Below, in pieces: positions 41,558-54,800 of a DNA stretch of 64,000 nucleotides; position 1 is the first letter of the stretch, and every line of letters begins with the position of its first letter. Origin of the DNA: Eledone cirrhosa (Eukaryota); contig OZ024741.1 of the NCBI GenBank assembly GCA_964016885.1, positions 193,812,001-193,876,000 on the forward strand, written 5' to 3'. The notes under the pieces were generated by a model. That model did no database searches and was not told the origin of the DNA. It worked only from the letters and a program-made list of their open reading frames with translations. A program made the translations under genes and the position numbers.

Positions 41558-42223
41558 TCACCCATGATGTGTTGACCTCCCAACCTTTGACCCCACACTA
41601 ACCATTACATCCAGTCTCTTCCTGCCTAGAACATCAGTCAATTGGAAGTCCCTTCCTACCCAGAACACTCACCCATGATGTGTTGACCTCCCAACCTTTG
41701 ACCCCACACTAACCATTACATCCAGTCTCTTCCTGCCTAGAACATCAGTCAATTGGAAGTCCCTTCCTACCCAGAACACTCACCCATGATGTGTTGACCT
41801 CCCAACCTTTGACCCCACACTAACCATTACATCCAGTCTCTTCCTGCCTAGAACATCAGTCAATTGGAAATCCCTTCCTACCCAGAACACTCACCCATGA
41901 TGTGTTGACCTCCCAACCTTTGACCCCACACTAACCATTACATCCAGTCTCTTCCTGCCTAGAACATCAGTCAATTGGAAGTCCCTTCCTACCCAGAACA
42001 CTCACCCATGATGTGTTGACCTCCCAACCTTTGACCCCACACTAACCATTACATCCAGTCTCTTCCTGCCTAGAACATCAGTCAATTGGAAGTCCCTTCC
42101 TACCCAGAACACTCACCCATGATGTGTTGACCTCCCAACCTTTGACCCCACACTAACCATTACATCCAGTCTCTTCCTGCCTAGAACATCAGTCAATTGG
42201 AAGTCCCTTCCTACCCAGAACAC
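41558..42223. repeat. Tandem repeat, 6 x 111 bp
   Basis: Units start at 41558, 41669, 41780, 41891, 42002 and 42113; I saw only one substitution. Confidence 0.97.
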
Positions 42224-42344
42224 CAGTTTTTTTTTAAAGTTCTTTCCTGCTTGTGTTTTTCCAAAAGGGGGTGACCTGTAACAGTTTACCCAGGACACCC
42301 GAGGATCGATCTCACCGGAAGAGCCTCGGACATCATGTTTTGTG

Positions 42345-42525
42345 GCGTATAGTTACATCCATTTACGTTCTGAGTTCAAATCCCGCCGGAGTTAGCTTTG
42401 CATTTCATCCTTACGGGTGTGTCGATAAGATAAAGTACCAGTAATTCACTAGGGTCGATTTAATCGACTTTCACCTTCCCTTCAAATTGCTGGCCTTGTG
42501 CCAAAAGTAGAAACAATTATTATTA
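42345..42525 (+). mobile_element. SINE family A, long variant, heading the 72-bp array
   Basis: gagttcaaatcccgcc B-box, gtcgataagataaagtaccagt core and internal gtcgatttaatcgac. Confidence 0.85.
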
Positions 42526-43690
42526 TCATTAGGGAAGTACCAGTAATGCACTGGGTAATTGCTGGCCTTGTGCCTAAAGTAGAAACAATTATTATTATCA
42601 TTAGGGAAGTACCAGTAATGCACTGGGTAATTGCTGGCCTTGTGCCTAAAGTAGAAACAATTATTATTATCATTAGGGAAGTACCAGTAATGCACTGGGT
42701 AATTGCTGGCCTTGTGCCTAAAGTAGAAACAATTATTATTATCATTAGGGAAGTACCAGTAATGCACTGGGTAATTGCTGGCCTTGTGCCTAAAGTAGAA
42801 ACAATTATTATTATCATTAGGGAAGTACCAGTAATGCACTGGGTAATTGCTGGCCTTGTGCCTAAAGTAGAAACAATTATTATTATCATTAGGGAAGTAC
42901 CAGTAATGCACTGGGTTCTTGCTGGCCTTGTGCCTAAAGTAGAAACAATTATTATTATCATTAGGGAAGTACCAGTAATGCACTGGGTAATTGCTGGCCT
43001 TGTGCCAAAAGTAGAAACAATTATTATTATCATTAAGGAAGTACCAGTAATGCACTGGGTAATTGCTGGCCTTGTGCCAAAAGTAGAAACAATTATTATT
43101 ATCATTAAGGAAGTACCAGTAATGCACTGGGTAATTGCTGGCCTTGTGCCTAAAGTAGAAACAATTATTATTATCATTAAGGAAGTACCAGTAATACACT
43201 GGGTAATTGCTGGCCTTGTGCCAAAAGTAGAAACAATTATTATTATCATTAAGGAAGTACCAGTAATGCACTGGGTAATTGCTGGCCTTGTGCCAAAAGT
43301 AGAAACAATTATTATTATCATTAAGGAAGTACCAGTAATGCACTGGGTTCTTGCTGGCCTTGTGCCAAAAGTAGAAACAATTATTATTATCATTAAGGAA
43401 GTACCAGTAATGCACTGGGTAATTGCTGGCCTTGTGCCTAACGTAGAAACAATTATTATTATCATTAAGGAAGTACCAGTAATACACTGGGTAATTGCTG
43501 GCCTTGTGCCTAAAGTAGAAACAATTATTATTATCATTAGGGAAGTACCAGTAATGCACTGGGTAATTGCTGGCCTTGTGCCTAAAGTAGAAACAATTAT
43601 TATTATCATTAAGGAAGTACCAGTAATGCACTGGGTAATTGCTGGCCTTGTGCCTAAAGTAGAAACAATTATTATTATCATTAAGGAAGT
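42484..43690. repeat. Tandem array, ~17 x 72 bp, derived from the SINE A 3' end
   Basis: Unit gtaccagtaatgcactgggtaattgctggccttgtgcctaaagtagaaacaattattattatcattagggaa. Confidence 0.97.
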
Positions 43691-43772
43691 GTATGACAGA
43701 AGTAGTGTAATTTGTGGTATTTTGTTACGTCCATTTAAATCTCTGTGTAGCCGCAAAAGTAGTACACAAAAA

Positions 43773-44487
43773 CAGCGACACCAGCAGCAGCAACACCAGC
43801 AGCAGCAACACTAGCAGCAGCAACACCAGCAGCAGCAACACTAGCAGCAGCAACACTAGCAGCAGCAACACTAGCAGCAGCAACACTAGCAGCAGCAACA
43901 CTAGCAGCAGCGACACTAGCAGCAGCGACACTAGCAGCAGCAACACTAGCAGCAGTGACACTAGCAGCAGCAACACTAGCAGCAGCAACACTAGCAGCAG
44001 CAACAGTAGCAGCAGCGACACCAGCAGCAGCGACACTAGCAGCAGCAACACTAGCAGCAGTGACACTAGCAGCAGCAACACTAGCAACAGCAACACTAGC
44101 AGCAGCAACACTAGCAGCAGCGACACTAGCAGCAGCGACACTAGCAGCAGCGACACTAGCAGCAGCGACACTAGCAGCAGCAACACTAGCAGCAGCGACA
44201 CCAGCAGCAGCAACACTAGCAGCAGCAACACTAGCAGCAGCGACACTAGCAGCAGTGACACTAGCAGCAGCAACACTAGCAACAGCAACACTAGCAGCAG
44301 CAACACTAGCAGCAGCGACACCAGCAGCAGCAACACTAGCAGCAGCAACACTAGCAGCAGCGACACTAGCAGCAGCGACACTAGCAGCAGCAACACCAGC
44401 AGCAGCAAGACCAGCAGCAGCAACACCAGCGGCAACAACACTAGCAGCAGCAACACCGGCGGCAGCAACACCAGCAGCAGCAACACT

Positions 44488-44518
<31 letters not shown>

Positions 44519-45550
44519 GCAGCAGCAACACCAACACCAGTAGCAGCAACACCAGCAGCAGCAGCAGCAGCAGCAACACAGCAGCAGCAACACCAGCCCC
44601 AGCAGCAGCAGCAACACCAGCAGCAACCACAGCAGCATCAGCAACACAGCACCAGCAACACAGCAACATCAACACCAGCAGCAGCAACACCAGCACCAGC
44701 AGCAGCAACACCAGCAGCAACCACAGCAGCATCAGCAACACAGCACCAGCAACACCAGCCCCAGCAGCAGCAGCAACACCAGCAGCAACCACAGCAGCAT
44801 CAGCAACACAGCACCAGCAACACCAGCCCCAGCAGCAGCAGCAACACCAGCAGCAACCACAGCAGCACCAGCAACACCAACACCAGCAACACCAGCACCA
44901 GCAGCACCACCAACACCAGCAGCAGCAGCAGCAGCAACACCAGCACCAGCAACATCAACACCAGCAGCAGCAACACCAGCCCCAGCAGCAGCAGCAACAC
45001 CAGCAGCAACCACAGCAGCAGCAGCAACACAGCAACACCAGCACCAGCAACACCAGCACCAGCACCAGCACCAGCAACACCAACAACACCAGCACCAGCA
45101 ACAGCAGCAACACCAGCAACACCAACAGCAGCAGCAACACCAGCACCAGCAACACAGCACCAGCAACACCAGCCCCAGCAGCAGCAGCAACACCAGCAGC
45201 AACCACAGCAGCACCAGCAACACCAACACCAGCAACACCAGCACCAGCAGCACCACCAACACCAGCAGCAGCAGCAGCAGCAACACCAGCACCAGCAACA
45301 TCAACACCAGCAGCAGCAACACCAGCCCCAGCAGCAGCAGCAACACCAGCAGCAACCACAGCAGCAGCAGCAACACAGCAACACCAGCACCAGCAACACC
45401 AGCACCAGCACCAGCACCAGCAACACCAACAACACCAGCACCAGCAACAGCAGCAACACCAGCAACACCAACAGCAGCAGCAACACCAGCACCAGCAACA
45501 CCAGCACCAGCAACAGCAGCAGCACCAGCAGCACCACCAGCAGCAGCAGC
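43773..45550. repeat. CAG/CAA/CAC-derived minisatellite: 15-bp units (43773-44500), then a cryptic triplet tract with a 346-bp higher-order duplication
   Basis: (agcagcaacactagc)n; identical translated blocks end at 45030 and 45376. Confidence 0.9.
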
Positions 45551-45727
45551 AGGAAGAAGGCATCAACACCACAATGTGTACAGCTAATTACAGGGACGTG
45601 TTTCCTCTCACCAGACTTCAAGGAATGTGGCTGTCGACCAGTTTCACTGTCAGTTCTGTGTGTCTGTGTGCGCCGCACGTGTATGCTAAAAGTAAGCATA
45701 CATATGTACATACATACATATAACATG

Positions 45728-45797
<70 letters not shown>

Positions 45798-45916
45798 AGG
45801 GGCGAGGGGTTCATATCCAACACACGCACTGCATAACTTAGTTTCTTTCCAGGATAAATAGTTGCTGTTAATATACAAAATTATTGATAAATTTCACTAT
45901 CCTCATTTTAATCGTG

Positions 45917-47273
<1,357 letters not shown>

Positions 47274-47343
47274 TGATGGCTGCCCCCTCGTTATCGAGTA
47301 TGGCCATTGCACAATAAAAAAAAAAAATAAAAATAAATAAATA

Positions 47344-47389
<46 letters not shown>

Positions 47390-47465
47390 GCAATAATAAT
47401 AATAACGACAACAACAATAATATACATATTCATATATATATACACACACACGCACGCACATAAGC

Positions 47466-47511
<46 letters not shown>

Positions 47512-49147
47512 GATAGCAACTAACAGTGCTGCGATCGAATGTGGCTTTTTAGCCCAGCCAATGATCCAAAATGTCTTGCACAGAGTCGGCAACCAAAACA
47601 TTTACTGGGAATAGTCGGCTGTGGTTGGAGTTCGTGTACTTTTGCATGTCGCTGATTTACATTCTCTACCACATGTTTGGCAAGCATGATGAGTAGCATC
47701 TCCAACAGCAGCCTGGTAGTCAACCACTGGTCTTACTTTATGACTGCGAAGATGACTTTCGAGTCCAGCTTTGCTTAGGCAGAGTCTCGCACAGACGCTG
47801 CATGTCAGAAACATAGGAGGACCCTCGCCGTCTGGAAGTGCAACAGCAATACCCTTCCTCACGTCCCGCTTTACTTTCTCGTGTGCGATTCGAGATGCCT
47901 CAAAGGCAACTTTTCCCTCATATACAGTCTTTCTCCATTTATTACGATCAGCAGCAATATTTTCCCATGTATCAGCAGAGATGTTAGCGTCTTTCAGAGA
48001 GGCCTTCAAGGAATCCTTATACCTCTTTTTTGGTTTATGTGGCGGTCGTTTTCCTTTAACCAACTCTCCATAGAAGAGTTGTTTTGGTATTCTAGAATCC
48101 TTCATCCTGGCAAGGTGACCACTCCAACGGAGTCGCTGCTTAAGCACAAGAGCTTCTATACTGTCACACATAGAGCTTTCCAAAATCTCGACATCACTGA
48201 TGTGGTCCCTCCAGCGAACGCCATGTATCCGTCTGAGACACATCTGATGGAAACGCTCCAATTGCTTAAGGTGGCGTCGATATGTGACCCAGGTCTCGCA
48301 GGCATAAAGAAGACAAGAGAGTACACATGCCCTGTACACCTTTACCTTTGTCCTCCTGCATATGTCTCGCCGACCCCAGAGTCGCCTTTCTAGCTTTCCG
48401 AAAGCATCACTTGCTTTCCTAATCCTAAGTGAGATTTCACTGTCAAGGTTGCCGTATCGATTGACAGTGCTTCCCAGGTAGACAAACTGATCAACCACTC
48501 CAAGTCGTTTGCCATACACATAGATGTTTGGTTCAGTGTACTGCCTACCAGGTGCAGGTTGGTACATGACGACGGTTTTCTTGAGACTGACAGTCAAACC
48601 CAGGGCAGTGCAAGCGTCAGAAAATACATTCAAAATGTGCTGCATATCACTCTCTGTGTGCGCTACAAGATCGCAATCATCTGCATACAAGAGGTCTCTT
48701 ATGACTGATGTAAATACTTTTGTCTTCGCAGCAAAGCGCCTGATGTTAAATATGCTGCCTGAGGTTCGATATCGGATGTAAACACCATGCTCGCAATTCC
48801 TGAATGCAATACAGAAAACCATTGCAAAGTATATGGCAAACAGGGTCGGTGCTGGAATATCCCCCTGTTTCACTCCATTTTTTTTTACTGAGATAGGCTC
48901 CGACATGTTACCTCCGACATTAACCCAAGCCTTCATGTCGTCATGGAAAGACCTAACTAAAGCAAGGAACTTATCAGGGCAACCAAGTTTCTGGAGAACC
49001 TTCCATAATGCATCTCTGTTGACAGTATCGAAAGCCTTTGTCAGATCGACAAAAACCTGATACAGATCCAAGCCCTGTTCAATGCACTTCTCCTGGAGCT
49101 GTCTAGCTGAGAAGATCATATCAGTAGTGCCGCGTCCAACACGAAGA
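47512..49147 (-). mobile_element. RTE-clade LINE, 5'-truncated, RT ORF open for 505 aa, with C-terminal C2H2 fingers
   Basis: FVDLTKAFDTV, GVKQGD, YADD, YLGS, LLYACETW, RLRWSGH; CSVCARLCLSKAGLESHLRSH and others. Confidence 0.96.
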
Positions 49148-49196
49148 TATATATATATATATATATACAGTATATATATATATATATATATATACA

Positions 49197-49230
<34 letters not shown>

Positions 49231-49317
49231 TATATATATATATATATATACAGTATATATATATATATATACAGTATATATATATATATATATATATACA
49301 GTATATATATATATACA

Positions 49318-49348
<31 letters not shown>

Positions 49349-49382
49349 TTACAATAATCAAAGTTCAGTTTAAGTCATTTAT

Positions 49383-49431
49383 TTGCTTGCAATTGTTTCC
49401 TCCAAACCGAGGTTTGGATTCTTCGGAGCAA
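49383..49431 (-). ncRNA. Degenerate minimal hammerhead motif
   Basis: ttgct CCGAAGA a tccaaacc-tc-ggtttgga g GAAA caattg CA agcaa; U4C and U16.1C changes. Confidence 0.6.
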
Positions 49432-49505
49432 CTATTTACTGATCTATAACATACTTGACCTCCTTTTCAACCCAAGAGACACATAAAACATATGCGCATA
49501 TTGAT

Positions 49506-49589
<84 letters not shown>

Positions 49590-50053
49590 AAAGGAATTGT
49601 GATAAGGAACCAGATGGAGCATAACGCACCAGAGTACTCAATACTTAGGGTAGTAGAGTGGGAAATAGGAAAAAGTATGACCCCGAAGGCAGAGCTCAAG
49701 GCCTTTCGACGGCTATTTCTGGGCACAGGGGCATACTTTTTCCTATATATATATATAGATAGATATACATATATATATATAAATGGAAAAGAATGAAACG
49801 AAATTTCATTTCTCACTCTTAGTACGGCTGATACTTAAATGTAAGTATGTATGTATACGTTCATACATATATGTATACAAACGTACAATAGTATGTATAT
49901 ATATACACACATGCACACATATATATATGCACGTATCGGTTTACCGGACATTTATTATAATGTTCGGTTTGTTTGTTTGTAAACAAACAAACAAACAAAT
50001 CGAATTACGCCGGACAGTGTTTAGGCAACTTTTTGTTCAACACTGACACAGGA

Positions 50054-50096
50054 ACGATGTACTAGTTGCAAGCTTATTAGCGATCGTCAGCATCGT
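50054..50096 (-). ncRNA. Minimal hammerhead motif with a single core change (GAAA to GCAA)
   Basis: acgatg CTGACGA tc gct-..ta-agc tt GCAA ctag TA catcgt; palindromic stem III ACTAGT. Confidence 0.65.
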
Positions 50097-50341
50097 ATAC
50101 CTTTCTGCCAGATGATTGAACGTCTGAAAGTATATACTTTCCTTATGCATATTAACGGCTGAGCAGCCTAATTTGCATATCGAGTGAGTTAGTTGGCCGG
50201 GCGCACCGAAAACGATAAATGGAAAACCCATGGTAAACCCATACGTACATATATATATATGTGCATGTATGTATATATATACATACTACTGTACGTCTGT
50301 ATACATATATGTATGTACGTATACATACTTACATTCATATA

Positions 50342-50414
<73 letters not shown>

Positions 50415-50560
50415 ATAATAATAAATTTGAAGACTAAAATCCAAAGAGGGCTCAATAAGGATAAATATATATCAAATATATAAGAACCCTAGAGCAAATA
50501 TTTCAGAAGATCCCGTTAAACGTGAAAGCAGCGATTCTTTGCTTAAACTTTAATCTGTTA

Positions 50561-50791
<231 letters not shown>

Positions 50792-51020
50792 ATATATTTG
50801 TAACTATCATCTCTTCATGTCTTAGGATAATTTGTAAACAAACCATATTATTTTAAAAAGTAAAAATAGTTTCCTCTCTCTAGGCATGCAATATTTTCTT
50901 TGCTTGCTAAAACACACACACACACACAAACACTATATTTCCTATCTATTCCACTCTTTCTTTCTGTCATCCATCTCGACCTTGAGATAAATAAGCATGC
51001 ATTAGTTTCTTTGCTTCCGG

Positions 51021-51063
<43 letters not shown>

Positions 51064-51899
51064 GAAACACACACGCCCCCCCCCCCCCCCCCACCACCAC
51101 CACCACACACACACACGCATACAGATATGCACTCACAAACACTACCTACATTTCCTATCTATTCCACTCTTTTTTTAATATTTATTTCTGCCATTCACTT
51201 CAGCCAACAGTCGCTTATATAAGTTTATAACATACGGTAGGATTAAAGAATAAAGGAATCAATATACACTCCAGACAGGTACAATGTGTCCGAAAACGGA
51301 AGAGCCGAACTCCCCCCCCCCCCATCTCTCTCGCCCTGCTCATCTCTCTGTATAGGGAGCAAATGGGGTCCCACGTGCTGGCCGCCTCACAGCCCCGGCG
51401 GACAGAAACAGATACTAAAGAAATTTCAATTATCCTATTCTATCAGTATGCTAAGGAGCTTAAGTCAGAGATGGCAAGAAACAAGAATTTATTTTGCATG
51501 CTGTAGTCTCTGCGGCTGAGATCAAAGGCTTGCTTTTTGAGACAGATTTAGAGTCGTTGTTGATTCTGGTTCATTCGATACTGCAGATTATATACGGGAC
51601 GTTTGGTGACCTTAATGTCACGTCAAAAGTTACCCTTTTTACTGTTTTAAGAACCGGATTCAGTCATGTGACCACTACACAGAATTTTTTCTTGACCAGT
51701 TCACACTTCAAATGTAAAGGAGTAACCGTCGAAATTTCCGTGATTAAAAAGGTAAAGTTTCCATCCATTTATTCATGCCAGTGCTTTAAAATTCAATTTT
51801 AGGTATATCAATTGTTTTTAAAAGGTTACGTAAAAAAGTAAATTTTTTTTTTTTTTTTTGCTAGAATAAAGCTTCGATTCATTTAGAAAATGATATCCC

Positions 51900-54800
51900 T
51901 GTAACATTTTTCACATTTTCATTCACCCACATGATGGCAAAAGAGTCAATTAGCTCAGTTTCCTCTCTACTTTCCCCATCTTTTGCAACAAGAAGCTTTG
52001 AAGAAAATTATCACTCTCGGAAGAGAGAAACCGAAGCTTGAACTGAAAACCAAAACCAAAGTGGGTAGCAAGGAATGTTATCGTTATTTTGATTCCAAGT
52101 ATTACGAACAGTATGAGTGGATGGCGGGATGTCCCATTCTGAACAAAGTGTTCTGTTTATTATGTCTGTTATTTTGTCAACTTAAGAAGACATGGACAAC
52201 TACCGGCTACTGAGATTTGGACAATTTGATTACAGCTTTGACAAAACACAAAAAATCTTGAAGCCATCTGAATTCTATAATTGCTCTAAAAGCCTTTAGC
52301 CAACAACGAATTGATACAGAGATCGATCACTGGAAAGCAGCTTCGATTCAGTTGCATAATAGATCAGTTGAAAAAAATTGTAATATATTGAAAAGGTTAA
52401 TTCATTGTGTTGAAATTGTGGCCTGTCAAGAATTATAATTTCCAGGACACGATGAAACAGAAGGATCAAACAATAAGGGTAATTTTCTGGCTATATGGGA
52501 AGCAGTAGCGGAATACAATGTTTGTTTAAGATCGCATTTAGATTTCATGAAGAAAAATGCTAACTACACCTTTTCTGGACCTTCAAGTGATATTCAAAAC
52601 AAGATCATTAATTGTATAGTTGCTACAATTGATTATGAAATTAAGCCAATGATCGAAAAAAAATCATTTGTTGCTGTTATGTTTGATGAGACTACAGATC
52701 TTTAAATGAAACCTCAATTGCTACGTGTTTTGCGATTTGTTGATGAGAAAGAAAAGCCCCAAGAAAAGTTTTTGGGATACGTCAATGTCAGTAAAGATAG
52801 AAGAGCTGCATCGCTGACAGAAGTTCAGAAATTTGTTAATGAATTCAATTGTGGTAAAAAGATTCATTGCACAAACATATGATGGAGCGCGCGTGATGGC
52901 TGGACGGAGTGCAAGCAAGAATACAGGAGATTTTTTGTGTGAATGTCATGTTTGTTCATTGTTGTAGCCGGAGGCATTCGGATTTACCTTGCGTCTTTCT
53001 ATCACTCGTTCCACCGTCCTCGTAGGGTACTTCCAAACAGCGTCTGTCTTCACACGACCCATCACCTCACGATGCCAACAGCCAAGTGGCCGCTGCCAAC
53101 CGCTTGGTCCCTCGTGTCGCCCCCGTCCCCTTGCTTCCGGTCAGGCGTCCTCCAGCTTCCGGCAATCCCCCTCCCACGGCAGCTCTACACCCCTCTATCT
53201 CACGGCATCCCACACGTCCCCTTATCTCAAGGATCAATCTTTGAGATCAGGATGGCTCCGTTGCGATCTCCGCACTGTTGGGGCGGCACTTTCGTTTTCC
53301 TCTTCCTTTCACCACAACGACTCTACGGATGTCCAAGACGTGACGTGGCATTCCGTCCACAGACACGTTGTTTTGGGAATTTATGGTGGTTACCATTCCC
53401 TTTTCCCATGCAGATGTGCAACACGTGTTCGGGGGCTTGACCCATACCTCTTCGCCCACTTGTACGAATGCGTTCTCTCTCTCTCCACCGGCTGCTGTGG
53501 TATCGTGCACGGGTGTCGCCATTCATATCTATATATTGCCCTGTGCGGTACCGACTCCTTGGCCTGTCCCACCCGACGAGACATGTTGTACCAGAACACT
53601 GCCTCCATTGGCGAAATATGCCCCCTTTCCGCCATAGCCTTGATCGTGCGATGGTGTCACTCCACGATCCCATTTCCGCTCGGCCTGTATGCCGCTCTGA
53701 AGAAGCGGTCCACCTTCCACTTGTCAAGTATTTCCCTCAGCGCCTCCGAGCGAAACGTCGTGCTGTTGACCATCAGCAGTTCATCGACAGGGCCCCGCTC
53801 CAAGAATATCTCTCTCAGCGTCCGCGCGATTTCCTCCGCAGTCCCTGACTTCATTTCCCTCCATATCGCCATATGTCCCGCCCACACTGCAGCTATCCCC
53901 TTCTATACATCCTCTGGCGTTTCCAGCCGTGCTTTCTTCACCCTGGTTAATACGTCTGCCCTGTTTTTCTCTGAGGGTAAAAAAACCCACACTCAACCCC
54001 AGGCCGAGCTCGGTGGACAGCTCTCCAAGAGTTCCCAGGCGGCGCTTTATCAACATTTCTCCTTCCACACTCGTTCGCACACTCTTCTCACTGGTAGGCA
54101 CTGATCTCACCCATCCGACTACAGTAGTGATTTTCTATGGTGCGCAGCTCCCATCTCAGGGCGAGATTCACTCCTCTCAGCACAGCATCCAGTTCGGCCA
54201 CGTTGATGTGGTTGCAGTCCTCTTTCTTCCTGAGCCGAGCTGCGTCCTCGATCTCGACACCCCCTATCTCCAGAGTGACCCCTAGTGCTACGCTGCTGGC
54301 ATCCATACAACCATACAGTCCCGCTCTCCGATTTGGGGACATACCATCGTCCTCTCACTGGGTCATCCGCCTTTACCCTCTCCACGATCTCCTGCATCAT
54401 GGCCACTGTCCTCTCTCCAGCTCTGTCACTCCAGCTCACCACGTCTGCTCGTCTCTTGACACAGCTGCATGCCGTCCGGATCCACCCTGCAATAGGATAG
54501 TGGCCTACCAATTGACCACACATTGAGAAGAGTTCCCTTCTATTCATATCGGGGCTCAGTTCCGGGATTTCGTTACCCCTCCGAAACACAAGTGTGCCCG
54601 TCTTATCTATTTGCAGCTTGAGTCCTAGCGCGGCTCCTCCTTCCATACCTTTCGGCGGTTTCACGGTCAGCCCGAACCTTCCCAAGTGGCGTGAGACCTC
54701 TGCTGCTGACACCACCGTCTCGTCCACCAAGATGTCGTCGATGTAGGAGTTGGTGGCCCTCCTCACCTTGTCTGCTTTTCCCAGAATGGCCTTGAGGACC

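Noticed and set aside
42471-43814. CRISPR array or repeat-protein gene (386-438 aa ORFs)
   Set aside because: There are no unique spacers and no cas genes. The unit is a SINE tail, and the ORFs arise because 72 is a multiple of 3.
43714-45841. 669 and 628 aa Ser/Gln/Ala-rich ORFs as real proteins
   Set aside because: Open in many frames on both strands, no unique domain, and the higher-order repeat shifts frame.
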